Part shown: one piece after another, positions 1 to 9,056 of the stretch
How positions within the stretch are numbered: the stretch's first letter is position 1
Layout of the letters: the number at the start of each line of letters is the position of its first letter
Position numbers and translations under genes: made by a program
Virus record (IMG/VR): IMGVR_UViG_3300045988_068596
Length of the DNA stretch: 64,000 bases
Strand: one strand, 5' to 3'
Source: a virus
Notes under the pieces: generated by a model
What the model was told of the DNA's origin: nothing
The model's input: the letters and a program-made list of their open reading frames with translations, nothing else
Database searches by the model: none

Positions 1-1
1 A

Positions 2-244
2 GTAGAACAAGCTCCTGCCGTTACATCTAACTCAGCAAAAGAATGGATTGCACAAAAAGAATCTAGCGGTTCTTACTCAGCAACTAACGGACGTTACATT
101 GGACGTTACCAATTAGATGCTTCATACTTAAACGGTGACTACTCACCAGAAAACCAAGAACGTGTAGCAGATGCTTATGTTGCAGGACGTTATGGTTCAT
201 GGGAAAATGCACAAGCTTTCTGGTTAGCTAACGGTTGGTACTAA
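2..244 (+). CDS. 5'-truncated CDS whose C-terminus is an Apf-like (aggregation-promoting-factor C-terminal) domain protein
   Basis: Frame 2 is open from the window edge to TAA at 242-244. It is missing from the ORF track because it has no Met. The translation ...SGSYSATNGRYIGRYQLDASYLNGDYSPENQERVADAYVAGRYGSWENAQAFWLANGWY matches, from memory, the conserved C-terminal domain of Lactobacillus Apf surface proteins. Confidence 0.5.
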   Translation, partial: VEQAPAVTSNSAKEWIAQKESSGSYSATNGRYIGRYQLDASYLNGDYSPENQERVADAYVAGRYGSWENAQAFWLANGWY

Positions 245-265
245 AATAATAAATACTAACAGATT

Positions 266-298
266 AAAAAAAGACTCTCTTTTTAGGGGGTCTTTTTC
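266..298 (+). terminator. weak A/T-stem hairpin plus T-run after the upstream gene
   Basis: aaaaagac...gtcttttt inverted repeat followed by ctt. Low GC. Confidence 0.25.
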
Positions 299-301
299 TT
301 A

Positions 302-311
302 TGCTATATTA
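302..311 (+). promoter_or_regulatory. extended -10 promoter motif TGCTATATTA (late-type)
   Basis: One of ~13 copies of TGCTATAWT, found 25-45 nt upstream of an RBS. No -35 is apparent. Confidence 0.5.
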
Positions 312-347
312 TAACTGTAACTTAAAAACAAACAGGAAGTGATAGCT

Positions 348-1292
348 ATGAGTAACATTAACATGGAAACCGCAATTGCGAACATGTACGCTCTAAAAGC
401 ACGAGGTATTACTTACTCAATGAACTACTCCCGAACAGGTGCAGATGGCACAGGGGATTGCTCTGGTACTGTCTATGATTCTTTACGTAAGGCAGGGGCT
501 AGTGATGCAGGTTGGGTACTTAACACAGATAGTATGCACAGTTGGCTAGAAAAAAATGGTTTTAAACTGATTGCACAAAATAAGGAATGGTCAGCTAAAC
601 GTGGAGACGTTGTTATCTTTGGTAAAAAAGGTGCAAGTGGTGGTTCCGCAGGTCACGTGGTTATCTTCATTAGTAGTACACAGATTATTCACTGTACATG
701 GAAATCAGCAACGGCTAACGGTGTTTACGTAGATAACGAAGCAACTACTTGTCCATATAGCATGGGTTGGTATGTGTATCGTTTAAACGGTGGAAGCACT
801 CCTCCAAAACCAAACACTAAGAAAGTAAAAGTACTTAAACACGCTACCAACTGGTCTCCATCAAGTAAAGGTGCAAAAATGGCAAGTTTTGTCAAAGGCG
901 GTACATTTGAAGTTAAACAACAACGACCAATTTCTTATTCTTACTCTAATCAAGAATACTTGATTGTAAATAAAGGAACAGTACTTGGATGGGTTCTTTC
1001 CCAAGACATTGAAGGTGGATATGGTTCAGATAGAGTTGGGGGAAGCAAACCTAAACTACCTGCCGGATTTACGAAGGAAGAAGCTACGTTTATTAATGGT
1101 AATGCTCCTATTACTACTCGTAAGAATAAACCAAGCTTATCTTCTCAAACAGCTACACCATTGTATCCGGGACAATCTGTAAGATACCTTGGTTGGAAAT
1201 CTGCTGAGGGATACATCTGGATTTATGCAACAGATGGACGTTACATCCCTGTACGACCTGTAGGTAAGGAAGCATGGGGTACATTTAAGTAA
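348..1292 (+). CDS. endolysin: Pal-like N-acetylmuramoyl-L-alanine amidase (Amidase_5) with two C-terminal SH3b-like cell-wall-binding repeats
   Basis: The N-terminus (YSMNYSRTGADGTGDCSGTVYDSLRKAGASDAGWVLNTDSMHSWLEKNGF...KRGDVVIFGKKGASGGSAGHVVIF...IIHC) closely resembles pneumococcal phage Dp-1 Pal amidase as recalled. Two ~65-aa repeats with SH3b-like character are in the C-terminal half. The ATG at 348 has RBS CAGGAAG 9 nt upstream. The ORF-track GTG at 339 abuts the RBS. Confidence 0.85.
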   Translation: MSNINMETAIANMYALKARGITYSMNYSRTGADGTGDCSGTVYDSLRKAGASDAGWVLNTDSMHSWLEKNGFKLIAQNKEWSAKRGDVVIFGKKGASGGSAGHVVIFISSTQIIHCTWKSATANGVYVDNEATTCPYSMGWYVYRLNGGSTPPKPNTKKVKVLKHATNWSPSSKGAKMASFVKGGTFEVKQQRPISYSYSNQEYLIVNKGTVLGWVLSQDIEGGYGSDRVGGSKPKLPAGFTKEEATFINGNAPITTRKNKPSLSSQTATPLYPGQSVRYLGWKSAEGYIWIYATDGRYIPVRPVGKEAWGTFK

Positions 1293-1301
1293 CATGACTT
1301 A

Positions 1302-1327
1302 AGAGGGCTAAATAGCCCTCTTTTTTG
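1302..1327 (+). terminator. rho-independent terminator
   Basis: agagggct-aaat-agccctct stem followed by tttttt. Confidence 0.75.
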
Positions 1328-1337
1328 TGCTATATTA
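1328..1337 (+). promoter_or_regulatory. extended -10 promoter motif TGCTATATTA
   Basis: Motif copy immediately after the terminator and upstream of the 1422 gene. Confidence 0.5.
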
Positions 1338-1421
1338 AATTAGTAGACAGTGATGAAAAATTGTTACAGGGCTACCTGTGGTATACTTAAACTAGTACAA
1401 ATGCTTGGGAGGTAAGAATAC

Positions 1422-1766
1422 GTGGCATACTTACAGGACGATACATGGCAAGCAGTAAAACAGTTAGCTAAACAAAACGGTTTTGTAGGAGACTGGATTC
1501 TAATTATTCACCTCTACTATGAAAACGGTGGAAACAATGTACAAGTTCATACTGCTATAGACAATAAAAATTACCGCATACTACGAATCTTAGATAACAA
1601 ACAGGTTTTATTAGTTGATAGAGAAGGGAACGTTGCTGTAGAGGACTATGAAGTAGTCAATGACAGTCAGAAAGGTTTCTTTTATAGTGATATGCACAAA
1701 GTCGAACTAACACTTCCGGAAGGTTGTAGCTTCAACGGTAAACAAAGAATAAAAATTTATATATGA
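1422..1766 (+). CDS. hypothetical protein (114 aa)
   Basis: GTG start with RBS GGAGGT 7 nt upstream. No TM segments are visible, so it is unlikely to be a holin. Confidence 0.5.
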   Translation: MAYLQDDTWQAVKQLAKQNGFVGDWILIIHLYYENGGNNVQVHTAIDNKNYRILRILDNKQVLLVDREGNVAVEDYEVVNDSQKGFFYSDMHKVELTLPEGCSFNGKQRIKIYI

Positions 1767-1782
1767 GGTAGGTGTAATCAAG

Positions 1783-3471
1783 TTGCCAAAATGGTTAGAT
1801 AAAGTGTTGGGTGTAGAAGAAGATACTGACATCGTTAAAAGCGAAGAAGTCTACCAAACCTTGCTTAAAGAAATTCAAGCACAGCCGTTAACAGAAACGG
1901 TAGAGAAAGGTATGAATGGTAAACCAGTAGCATACATGCAACCTATAATTGGTGACATGTCAGTAAACCCCGGATTTAAGACAAAACCTTCTATTAGAAA
2001 TTCTCAGGATTTACACAAAATGTTGAAGAAGTTTGGTAATAATATCATTCTTAATTCAATTATTAATACACGGTCAAATCAGGTATCTATGTATTGTAAA
2101 CCTGCAAGAAACTCTGAGACAGGTGTAGGTTACGAGGTTCGGCTGAAAGATATTGAACAAGAGCCATCCACACATGACATTGCAAATATTAAAAGAATTG
2201 AAAGCTTTTTAGAAAATACCGCAGTATTCAAAGACCAAAATAGGGATAATTTTACTGCTTTTTGTAAGAAGATGGTACGTGCAACTTATATGTATGACCA
2301 AGTTAACTTTGAGAAGGTATTCGATAAAGATGGTAATTTTATCAAATTTGATACCGTAGACCCCACAACAATCTTCTTAGCTACTAACGGTAAAGGAAAG
2401 ATTATTGAAAAGGGAGAACGATTTGTACAAGTACTAGACAATCGAATCGTAGCTAAGTTTAACGAACGTGAAATGGCTTTTGCTGTTCGTAACCCACGTG
2501 CTGATATTGAAGTAGGTCAGTACGGTTATCCAGAACTAGAAATTGCCTTGAAGCAGTTTATTGCACATGAAAACACCGAGACGTTTAATGACCGATTTTT
2601 CTCTCACGGAGGAACAACACGTGGTATCTTACATGTTAAAGCAGGACAACAACAAAGTCAGCAAGCATTAGATATTTTCCGTAGAGAATGGAGAAGTTCC
2701 TTATCAGGTATTAATGGTTCATGGCAAATTCCAGTAGTATCCGCAGAAGACGTTAAGTTCGTTAACATGACACCATCTGCTAATGATATGCAGTTTGAAA
2801 AATGGTTGAACTATTTAATTAACGTAATTTCTGCGTTGTATGGGATTGACCCTGCTGAAATTAACTTCCCGAATAATGGAGGAGCAACTGGTTCTAAAGG
2901 TGGTTCTTTAAACGAGGGTAACTCAAAAGAGAAAATGCAAGCTTCCCAAAACAAAGGGTTACAACCATTATTACGCTTTATTGAAGATACTGTAAATACT
3001 TTTATTATTGCTGAGTTTGGAGACAAGTATCAATTCCAATTTAGAGGCGGAGACTTAAGTGCTCAATTAGACAAGATTAAGATTCTTGAAGCAGAAGTTA
3101 AGGTATTTAAAACAGTTAATGAAGCACGTGCTGAAAAAGGGTTGGAACCAATTAAAGGTGGAGATGTAATCTTAGATGGTGTTCTAATTCAATCTATCGG
3201 TCAGTTAATGCAACAAGAACAATTTAACTATCAAAAACAACAGGATAAGCTTAATAGGCTCTTAGAGCTTTCTGGTGGCGAAGCAGATGATTCTAATGGA
3301 ATTAGCTTCCAAGACAAACAACAGGGCTTAGATGGCACCTCAGCTAGCGTAAATGGCAAAGGAGAGTCATCTGTTGGTAAAGATGGACAAATTAAAGGTA
3401 AGGGCATAACTAACACCAATTCTGCTAAACAAGGTATGAAAGGTGACAAACCTAACGACTGGCAAAAATAA
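1783..3471 (+). CDS. portal protein
   Basis: 562 aa, immediately upstream of prohead protease, scaffold and MCP. Size and position match Herelleviridae portal proteins (~563 aa). TTG start with RBS GAGGTAGG. Confidence 0.7.
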   Translation: MPKWLDKVLGVEEDTDIVKSEEVYQTLLKEIQAQPLTETVEKGMNGKPVAYMQPIIGDMSVNPGFKTKPSIRNSQDLHKMLKKFGNNIILNSIINTRSNQVSMYCKPARNSETGVGYEVRLKDIEQEPSTHDIANIKRIESFLENTAVFKDQNRDNFTAFCKKMVRATYMYDQVNFEKVFDKDGNFIKFDTVDPTTIFLATNGKGKIIEKGERFVQVLDNRIVAKFNEREMAFAVRNPRADIEVGQYGYPELEIALKQFIAHENTETFNDRFFSHGGTTRGILHVKAGQQQSQQALDIFRREWRSSLSGINGSWQIPVVSAEDVKFVNMTPSANDMQFEKWLNYLINVISALYGIDPAEINFPNNGGATGSKGGSLNEGNSKEKMQASQNKGLQPLLRFIEDTVNTFIIAEFGDKYQFQFRGGDLSAQLDKIKILEAEVKVFKTVNEARAEKGLEPIKGGDVILDGVLIQSIGQLMQQEQFNYQKQQDKLNRLLELSGGEADDSNGISFQDKQQGLDGTSASVNGKGESSVGKDGQIKGKGITNTNSAKQGMKGDKPNDWQK

Positions 3472-3472
3472 A

Positions 3473-3500
3473 TAGAGGGGTAACACCCTCTATTTACAAT
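3473..3500 (+). terminator. hairpin (tagagggg-taacac-ccctcta) with weak U-tract
   Basis: 7-bp GC-rich stem. The downstream tttac is only a partial U-run. Confidence 0.35.
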
Positions 3501-3524
3501 TGTCCAACTGTTTAGTGGTAGTTC

Positions 3525-3534
3525 TGCTATATTA
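3525..3534 (+). promoter_or_regulatory. extended -10 promoter motif TGCTATATTA
   Basis: Motif copy 37 nt upstream of the protease start. Confidence 0.5.
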
Positions 3535-3570
3535 AAAACAGATGTAAGTTTAGGTGGTGAATGAACAAAG

Positions 3571-4359
3571 ATGCAAGAGAAGTATAATATTTTCGTTCCC
3601 ATTGACGTAGCAGGTTCCGTAGAGAAATCTGAACAGGCAAACGATGGTGAATGGTACGTACAGGGTTATGCTACAACGCCTGACCTTGACTTGCAAGGAG
3701 ACATTATTTTACCACAGGGAATTGACATTTCTTACTTTGTTACTAAAGGGTGGGTAAACTACGAACATAAACAAGATGCAGAATACATTATTGGTGTACC
3801 AACTGACAACTGTTATGTAGACCTTAATAAAGGTTTGTTCGTGGAAGCTAAACTTATGAAAGAAAGCAAGTATGCTCAATCAATGTGGCAGTTAGCTAAT
3901 ACCATTCAAAAATCAGGAATCTCACGTCAGTTAGGTTTCTCAATTGAAGGGGCAGTTACAAGTCGAAATGCAAGAGACAATCGTATTATTGAGGGTGTGG
4001 CTATCAGAAACGTAGCATTAACTACACATCCTGCTAACCCACAAGCTACGTGGGAAACACTTGTTAAGTCTTGGACAACAGGGTATGGAATTACTCCTGA
4101 GACACAGACAGATGCAGGAGCATTACGTAGAGAGATGTTTAAAGAAGACATCACAAATCTAACATATGCAGTGAAGACAGTAGCTAAGTTGTATGGTAAA
4201 AAACCCGAAGATAAAGAGTTTATATTACGTGAAGTTGCTAAGAGTTTCGACCAAGAAACCTCTGAACCAGAGTTAAGTGCATTTATGTTACAATTAACTA
4301 GAGGGGTTTCCTTACAGGAAGCTAACAACTTCATTGAAAGTAGAAAGGAGCTAAAATAG
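3571..4359 (+). CDS. prohead (HK97-family, S78/U35-like) maturation protease
   Basis: GYATTPDLDLQGDIILPQG fits the conserved N-terminal block of HK97-type prohead proteases. Position is between portal and scaffold/MCP. The C-terminal tail carries the motif TTGYGITPETQTDAGALRRE, which is shared with the MCP N-terminus. Confidence 0.8.
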   Translation: MQEKYNIFVPIDVAGSVEKSEQANDGEWYVQGYATTPDLDLQGDIILPQGIDISYFVTKGWVNYEHKQDAEYIIGVPTDNCYVDLNKGLFVEAKLMKESKYAQSMWQLANTIQKSGISRQLGFSIEGAVTSRNARDNRIIEGVAIRNVALTTHPANPQATWETLVKSWTTGYGITPETQTDAGALRREMFKEDITNLTYAVKTVAKLYGKKPEDKEFILREVAKSFDQETSEPELSAFMLQLTRGVSLQEANNFIESRKELK

Positions 4360-5369
4360 TGTCTAAAACAATTAATGACATTATCGAAGATTTCGATTCA
4401 AAAGTGAATGTACAGGAAGTATCTAAATCTATTGAAGATGAAAATGTAGAGCCTGTACAGGAAGAACAAATTGAAACACCAGAAGCTGTTGAAGAAGGTG
4501 TAGAAAATGACAAGCCGGAAGAACAGCCTGTTGAAGCTGAGGAAGTTAAAGAGGATGTTGAACCAGAATCCGAACCTACTGAATCAGATGAAAAACCAGA
4601 AACAGAATCCGAAGTCGCAGAAGAAGCTACTGAACCAGAAGTGGAAAAAGTAGAAAAATCTGATAAAGAATCCGATAAAGAAGATGAGGAAAAAAAATCT
4701 TCTGATGACGAGGACGACAAAGAGGATAAAAAGGATAAGAAAGATAAAAAAGCTGACAAAGAAGATAAAGATGAAAAAGATGAAGACAAAGAAGATGTTA
4801 AAAAATCTGATGAGTCCGAAGACGTAGAAAACGTTGAAAAATCTGTTATTTCTTCCCAAGATATTGTCGGTGGATTCGAAGCTGTATTCAAAAATATGGC
4901 AAACCTTTTTGAAACTCAAAAATCTTTAACTGATACTATTACAGAATTAAAATCTGAAATCGTAAGCTTACGTGAATCTCACACACAAGCTATCACAATG
5001 AATACAGAAGATGTTAACAAATCTATTCTTGTAGATAAAGTTGATGGAGTATCAGTAGAAGGTAAAGCAGTAGGATTTGTTTCTAAATCTGTAGATGTAG
5101 AAGCAGATGTGACTTCTGAACAAGAAGATGTTGTTGAAGTAGTAGTAGAAGGTGCCGAACAAGAAGAAGCTCCCGCTAAATCTGATGAAGAACAATTGTT
5201 TGACAGTGTTCGTGGAATCCGTGATGACTTAATGAGCACATATACTCGTGTTGCAAGTAACGGACAAGCCCCTCGTGGTGAGTTAGAAGAAATTCGTCAA
5301 TTATGGGGACGTATTAAATCCCAAGACGAATTAGCTCGTGCACAAGCATTCATTGACAAATACAAATAA
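4359..5369 (+). CDS. scaffolding protein (highly acidic, E/D/K low-complexity)
   Basis: GTG start overlaps the protease stop, with AAAGGAG RBS. About 150 aa of E/D/K repeats (KEDKKDKKDKKADKEDKDEKDEDKED) and a helical C-terminus. Sits between protease and MCP. Confidence 0.55.
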   Translation: MSKTINDIIEDFDSKVNVQEVSKSIEDENVEPVQEEQIETPEAVEEGVENDKPEEQPVEAEEVKEDVEPESEPTESDEKPETESEVAEEATEPEVEKVEKSDKESDKEDEEKKSSDDEDDKEDKKDKKDKKADKEDKDEKDEDKEDVKKSDESEDVENVEKSVISSQDIVGGFEAVFKNMANLFETQKSLTDTITELKSEIVSLRESHTQAITMNTEDVNKSILVDKVDGVSVEGKAVGFVSKSVDVEADVTSEQEDVVEVVVEGAEQEEAPAKSDEEQLFDSVRGIRDDLMSTYTRVASNGQAPRGELEEIRQLWGRIKSQDELARAQAFIDKYK

Positions 5370-5402
5370 ATTTACTAAAAGGTAAATTTATTTAAGGTGT
5401 AC

Positions 5403-5412
5403 TGCTATATTA
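5403..5412 (+). promoter_or_regulatory. extended -10 promoter motif TGCTATATTA upstream of MCP
   Basis: Motif copy. Predicted TSS around 5420. Confidence 0.5.
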
Positions 5413-5428
5413 TAGTCAGAACCAATGA

Positions 5429-5472
5429 GAGACCTGACATTTCCCCCCTGAACCTCCACAGGGTCAGGTCTC
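5429..5472 (+). promoter_or_regulatory. 5'-UTR stem-loop in major capsid mRNA leader
   Basis: Perfect 10-bp inverted repeat gagacctgac/gtcaggtctc with a 24-nt C-rich loop. It begins ~9 nt after the predicted TSS and ends 8 nt before the RBS GAGGAA. Confidence 0.45.
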
Positions 5473-5491
5473 ATCTTTGAGAGGAATAAAA

Positions 5492-6913
5492 ATGAAAGGT
5501 GATTTATATATAATGCCAGAAGACAAAAAACAAGAAGCTAAATTAAATCCCGTTCAGGAACAAGTAATCAAAGGATTTACAACTGGTTATGGTATTACTC
5601 CTGACACGCAAACTGATGCGGCGGCTTTAAGACGAGAATTTCTAGATGACCAAATTACTATGCTTACATGGGCAGAAGGAGATTTGTCATTCTATCGTGA
5701 CATCACAAAACGCCCTGCTACATCTACAGTAGCTAAATATGACGTATACCTAGCACACGGTAAAGTAGGACATACACGTTTCGTTCGTGAAATCGGTGTA
5801 GCTCCAATTTCTGACCCAAGCTTACGTCAAAAAACTGTTAACATGAAATACGTTTCTGATACTAAGAACATGAGTATCGCAACTGGTTTAGTTAACAACA
5901 TCGAAGACCCAATGCAAATCTTAACAGACGATGCTATCTCTGTTGTTGCTAAAACAATCGAATGGGCTTCTTTCTACGGAGATGCTGACTTATCTGAAAA
6001 CCCAGAACGTGACTCCGGTCTAGAATTTGACGGTTTAGTTAAATTAATTGACAAACATAACGTTATTGATGCTAAAGGTGAAAGCTTAACAGAAGCATTA
6101 CTTAACCAAGCTTCCGTATTAATCGGTAAAGGTTATGGTACTCCAACTGATGCTTACATGCCAATCGGTGTACAAGCTGACTTCGTGAACCAACAACTTG
6201 ACAAACAAGTTCAAGTTATCCGTGACAACGGTCAAAATGTAACAATGGGATTCAACGTTCAAGGGTTCAACTCTGCACGTGGTTTCATTAAATTACATGG
6301 TTCAACAGTAATGGAATTAGAACAAATCTTGGATGAATACCAAATGGTTAGTCCTAATGCTCCACAAAAAGCTACTGTTCAAGCAACTGTAGAAACTGAC
6401 AAGAAAGGCACATTCCGTCCAGAAGACATTGCTACTCCTGCTGAGTACAAAGTAGTTGTAGTATCTGACGATGCAGAATCTGCTCCATCTGACGTGGCTA
6501 CTGCTACAATTGCTAACGCTACTGACGGTGTTAAATTAGCAATCACTATCAACAGCATGTATCAAGCTCGTCCTCAATACGTAGCTATCTACCGTAAAGG
6601 ACATCAAACAGGATTGTTCTACCAAATCGCACGTGTACCTGCAAGTAAAGCAGAAAACAACGTAATCACTTTCTACGATTTGAACCAACAAATCCCTGAA
6701 ACTGCTGACGTATTCGTAGGTGAATTGACTCCATCTGTAGTTCACTTGTTCGAATTACTACCAATGATGCGTTTACCATTAGCTCAAATGAACGCTTCTG
6801 TAACATTCGCAGTTCTATGGTATGGTGCTTTAGCTCTTCGTGCACCTAAGAAATGGGCACGAATCAAGAACGTTAAATACATTCCATCTGGAAACGTAAT
6901 TAACGAACGCTAA
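5492..6913 (+). CDS. major capsid protein (HK97 fold)
   Basis: 473 aa, downstream of protease/scaffold, followed by a strong terminator. The N-terminus carries the protease-shared motif, consistent with a processed propeptide. ATG at 5492 with RBS GAGGAA 5 nt upstream. The track's TTG at 5477 lies inside the RBS. Confidence 0.8.
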   Translation: MKGDLYIMPEDKKQEAKLNPVQEQVIKGFTTGYGITPDTQTDAAALRREFLDDQITMLTWAEGDLSFYRDITKRPATSTVAKYDVYLAHGKVGHTRFVREIGVAPISDPSLRQKTVNMKYVSDTKNMSIATGLVNNIEDPMQILTDDAISVVAKTIEWASFYGDADLSENPERDSGLEFDGLVKLIDKHNVIDAKGESLTEALLNQASVLIGKGYGTPTDAYMPIGVQADFVNQQLDKQVQVIRDNGQNVTMGFNVQGFNSARGFIKLHGSTVMELEQILDEYQMVSPNAPQKATVQATVETDKKGTFRPEDIATPAEYKVVVVSDDAESAPSDVATATIANATDGVKLAITINSMYQARPQYVAIYRKGHQTGLFYQIARVPASKAENNVITFYDLNQQIPETADVFVGELTPSVVHLFELLPMMRLPLAQMNASVTFAVLWYGALALRAPKKWARIKNVKYIPSGNVINER

Positions 6914-6949
6914 TCTTAGTTTAACTAAGAAAAATTGAATAGAAAACGG

Positions 6950-6985
6950 AATAGGGAACGGTCTAACTGTTCCCTATTTTTATTA
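6950..6985 (+). terminator. rho-independent terminator after MCP
   Basis: aatagggaacgg-tctaac-tgttccctatt stem followed by tttatt. Confidence 0.75.
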
Positions 6986-7010
6986 TAACGAATTAAATGG
7001 AGGAATACAA

Positions 7011-7262
7011 ATGTTAAAATCTACAGTATTACAAAATAAAAAAGTGGCAACATCTTTTGGAGAAGCTGAATTTAACCATTTAGGAGAAAGTCATAACTTG
7101 CCAGAGGAACATCAAAAAGCTTTAGCTGAAAAGGTACCTTACTTGACACACATTCCTGATAAGAAAGAAAATCCTAAAGAGGAAAAAGAAGTAAAAGAAG
7201 AAAAACCAAAAGCTAAAAAAGCACCTGCTAAAGCTAAAACAGCCAAAAAAGATAAAGAGTAG
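7011..7262 (+). CDS. hypothetical small protein with lysine-rich C-terminal tail
   Basis: RBS GGAGGAA. The C-terminus is KPKAKKAPAKAKTAKKDKE. Confidence 0.5.
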   Translation: MLKSTVLQNKKVATSFGEAEFNHLGESHNLPEEHQKALAEKVPYLTHIPDKKENPKEEKEVKEEKPKAKKAPAKAKTAKKDKE

Positions 7263-7273
7263 GAGGTCATCAT

Positions 7274-8170
7274 ATGTACCCAGATTACGGTTATGGTGAT
7301 GGCGGAAACCAAGATGTATACCAACCATATGCACATGGTAACCCAAAACATATTGACATTGCAGACCTAGATAAGATTACTCCTGCTGATTACGGTTGGA
7401 CTCCCGACACGTTAAAGGCTTACATGTTTGGGGTAACTGTAGTTAACCCTGAAACAGGTGAACCATTAGGAGATACATTTTATGAACATGTAATTGATAC
7501 AGCAATTGCTAAAGCTGAAAAGAAACTGGATATTGCGATTTTACCTCGTTTAATTCAAGGGGAACATCACGATTTCCACCAATCTGACTTTAACTCTTAC
7601 TTATACACGCATGTATTTAAACGACCACTAATTCAAGCTGAAAAGCTACAATTAGAAATTAACGGACGAGGAATCTACCGTTACCCTGCAAACTGGTGGA
7701 AAGTATATACCCTAGCAGGGCATATCCAAATGTACCCAACAGCAATGATGCAAACAGGTACACAATTTGCCTATGATTTTGCATTCTCTGGCTACCCACA
7801 ATTAGCAGGTATGCCACCTTCATCTGGTCAAGTAGATGCTCCACAAATGATTCATATTGACTACGTAGCGGGTATGTTACCTCGTAAGAATCGTGGATAC
7901 AACGCTGAGTGGGAGTGCCCTGCTGATTTAGAGCAATTAGTAATCAAATATGCTATTAAGGAAATCTTCCAACAATGGGGACGTTTGATTATTGGTGCCG
8001 GTATTGCAGGAAAATCCTTGTCAATTGACGGTGTAACTGAAAGTATACAAACAACACAATCTGCTATGTATGGTGGTGCATCTGCCGACATTAAACAGAT
8101 TGACGAAGATATTGATAGACTAGAACGTGACTTAGCTTCCTACTTCGGAATGAACCTAGGAATTATTTAA
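7274..8170 (+). CDS. virion structural protein (head-tail connector region)
   Basis: RBS AGGAGG 8 nt from ATG. Sits in the conserved block of five genes between MCP and tail sheath. Confidence 0.5.
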   Translation: MYPDYGYGDGGNQDVYQPYAHGNPKHIDIADLDKITPADYGWTPDTLKAYMFGVTVVNPETGEPLGDTFYEHVIDTAIAKAEKKLDIAILPRLIQGEHHDFHQSDFNSYLYTHVFKRPLIQAEKLQLEINGRGIYRYPANWWKVYTLAGHIQMYPTAMMQTGTQFAYDFAFSGYPQLAGMPPSSGQVDAPQMIHIDYVAGMLPRKNRGYNAEWECPADLEQLVIKYAIKEIFQQWGRLIIGAGIAGKSLSIDGVTESIQTTQSAMYGGASADIKQIDEDIDRLERDLASYFGMNLGII

Positions 8171-8183
8171 GGAGGGATGACTC

Positions 8184-9056
8184 ATGGCTAATGAACCAAC
8201 ACGTTTCAGCAGTTCAGGTTCTACAGGTAACCCTAAGCAATACATGAATGTAAGTAGACTAGAGTTTGAAACAAAAGGTATGGATACCTTTGTAATGAAC
8301 CGTGGTATAAACATTCTGTGGGAACGAGCTTGGCTTTGTACATGCCGAAATCCGATGACTCTTGCTCCTGACTCTAATTGCCCTATTTGTAGGGGTAGAG
8401 GTATTGCATATCAACCTGCTGTTAAGGATATAATGATTATCCAAAGTCAAGAAAAAGGTGTATCAAATCAAGATTTAGGGTTGTTCGATTCTGGTACAGC
8501 TATTGGTACAACTCCAATTGACTCTAAAATTACTTTCCGAGACAGAATTACTGTCCCAGATGTGGAAATATACCAAAGTTTCATTTTTAATGTAAATAGT
8601 CGTAGATTAGAGACAGGTATGTTTTTAAGCTATGATGTTAAACGGTTAGAGGATGTGTATGGTGACAAAGGGCAAGTCCTTGTGGAGGGTAAAGACTTTA
8701 CGATGGACTATAGCACGAATACTTTTTATCCTAAACAACATTTGTTAAACACGAACATCTCTATCAACATGGCAGTAACATTACGTTATCTGGTTATTGA
8801 TTTACTCAAAGAAAGTCGTTACCAGTACACGAAATTTGGTGTAAAAGAACCGCTGTTTGAGAACCTTCCTAGAAAGCTCCTATTGAAGCGTGAGGACATC
8901 TTTGTTGATAGTGAGCCTTTTGTATTAGAAGTAGATACGAAGTCTCGTCTAGAGGCACTAGAGAAGGAAAAAGAAGTAACAGAATCTAAGATGGTCGACC
9001 CTAAACGTACAGGTTCAAGTGCGGGAGGATTCTTTGGAGGTAAACTAAATGGCTAA
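8184..9056 (+). CDS. virion structural protein with CxC...CxxC zinc-ribbon-like motif
   Basis: RBS GGAGGG. Motif CTCRNPMTLAPDSNCPICRG. Confidence 0.5.
   Translation: MANEPTRFSSSGSTGNPKQYMNVSRLEFETKGMDTFVMNRGINILWERAWLCTCRNPMTLAPDSNCPICRGRGIAYQPAVKDIMIIQSQEKGVSNQDLGLFDSGTAIGTTPIDSKITFRDRITVPDVEIYQSFIFNVNSRRLETGMFLSYDVKRLEDVYGDKGQVLVEGKDFTMDYSTNTFYPKQHLLNTNISINMAVTLRYLVIDLLKESRYQYTKFGVKEPLFENLPRKLLLKREDIFVDSEPFVLEVDTKSRLEALEKEKEVTESKMVDPKRTGSSAGGFFGGKLNG

Noticed and set aside
339-347. GTG at 339 as endolysin start (ORF track)
   Set aside because: The RBS CAGGAAG ends immediately before it. The ATG at 348 has ideal 9-nt spacing.
4331-4919. Minus-strand ORFs (186 aa Ser-rich and 111 aa Phe-rich) opposite the acidic scaffold gene
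   Set aside because: These are antisense translations of a GAA/GAT/AAA-rich low-complexity region. No RBS is present, and they are fully embedded in a well-supported + strand gene.
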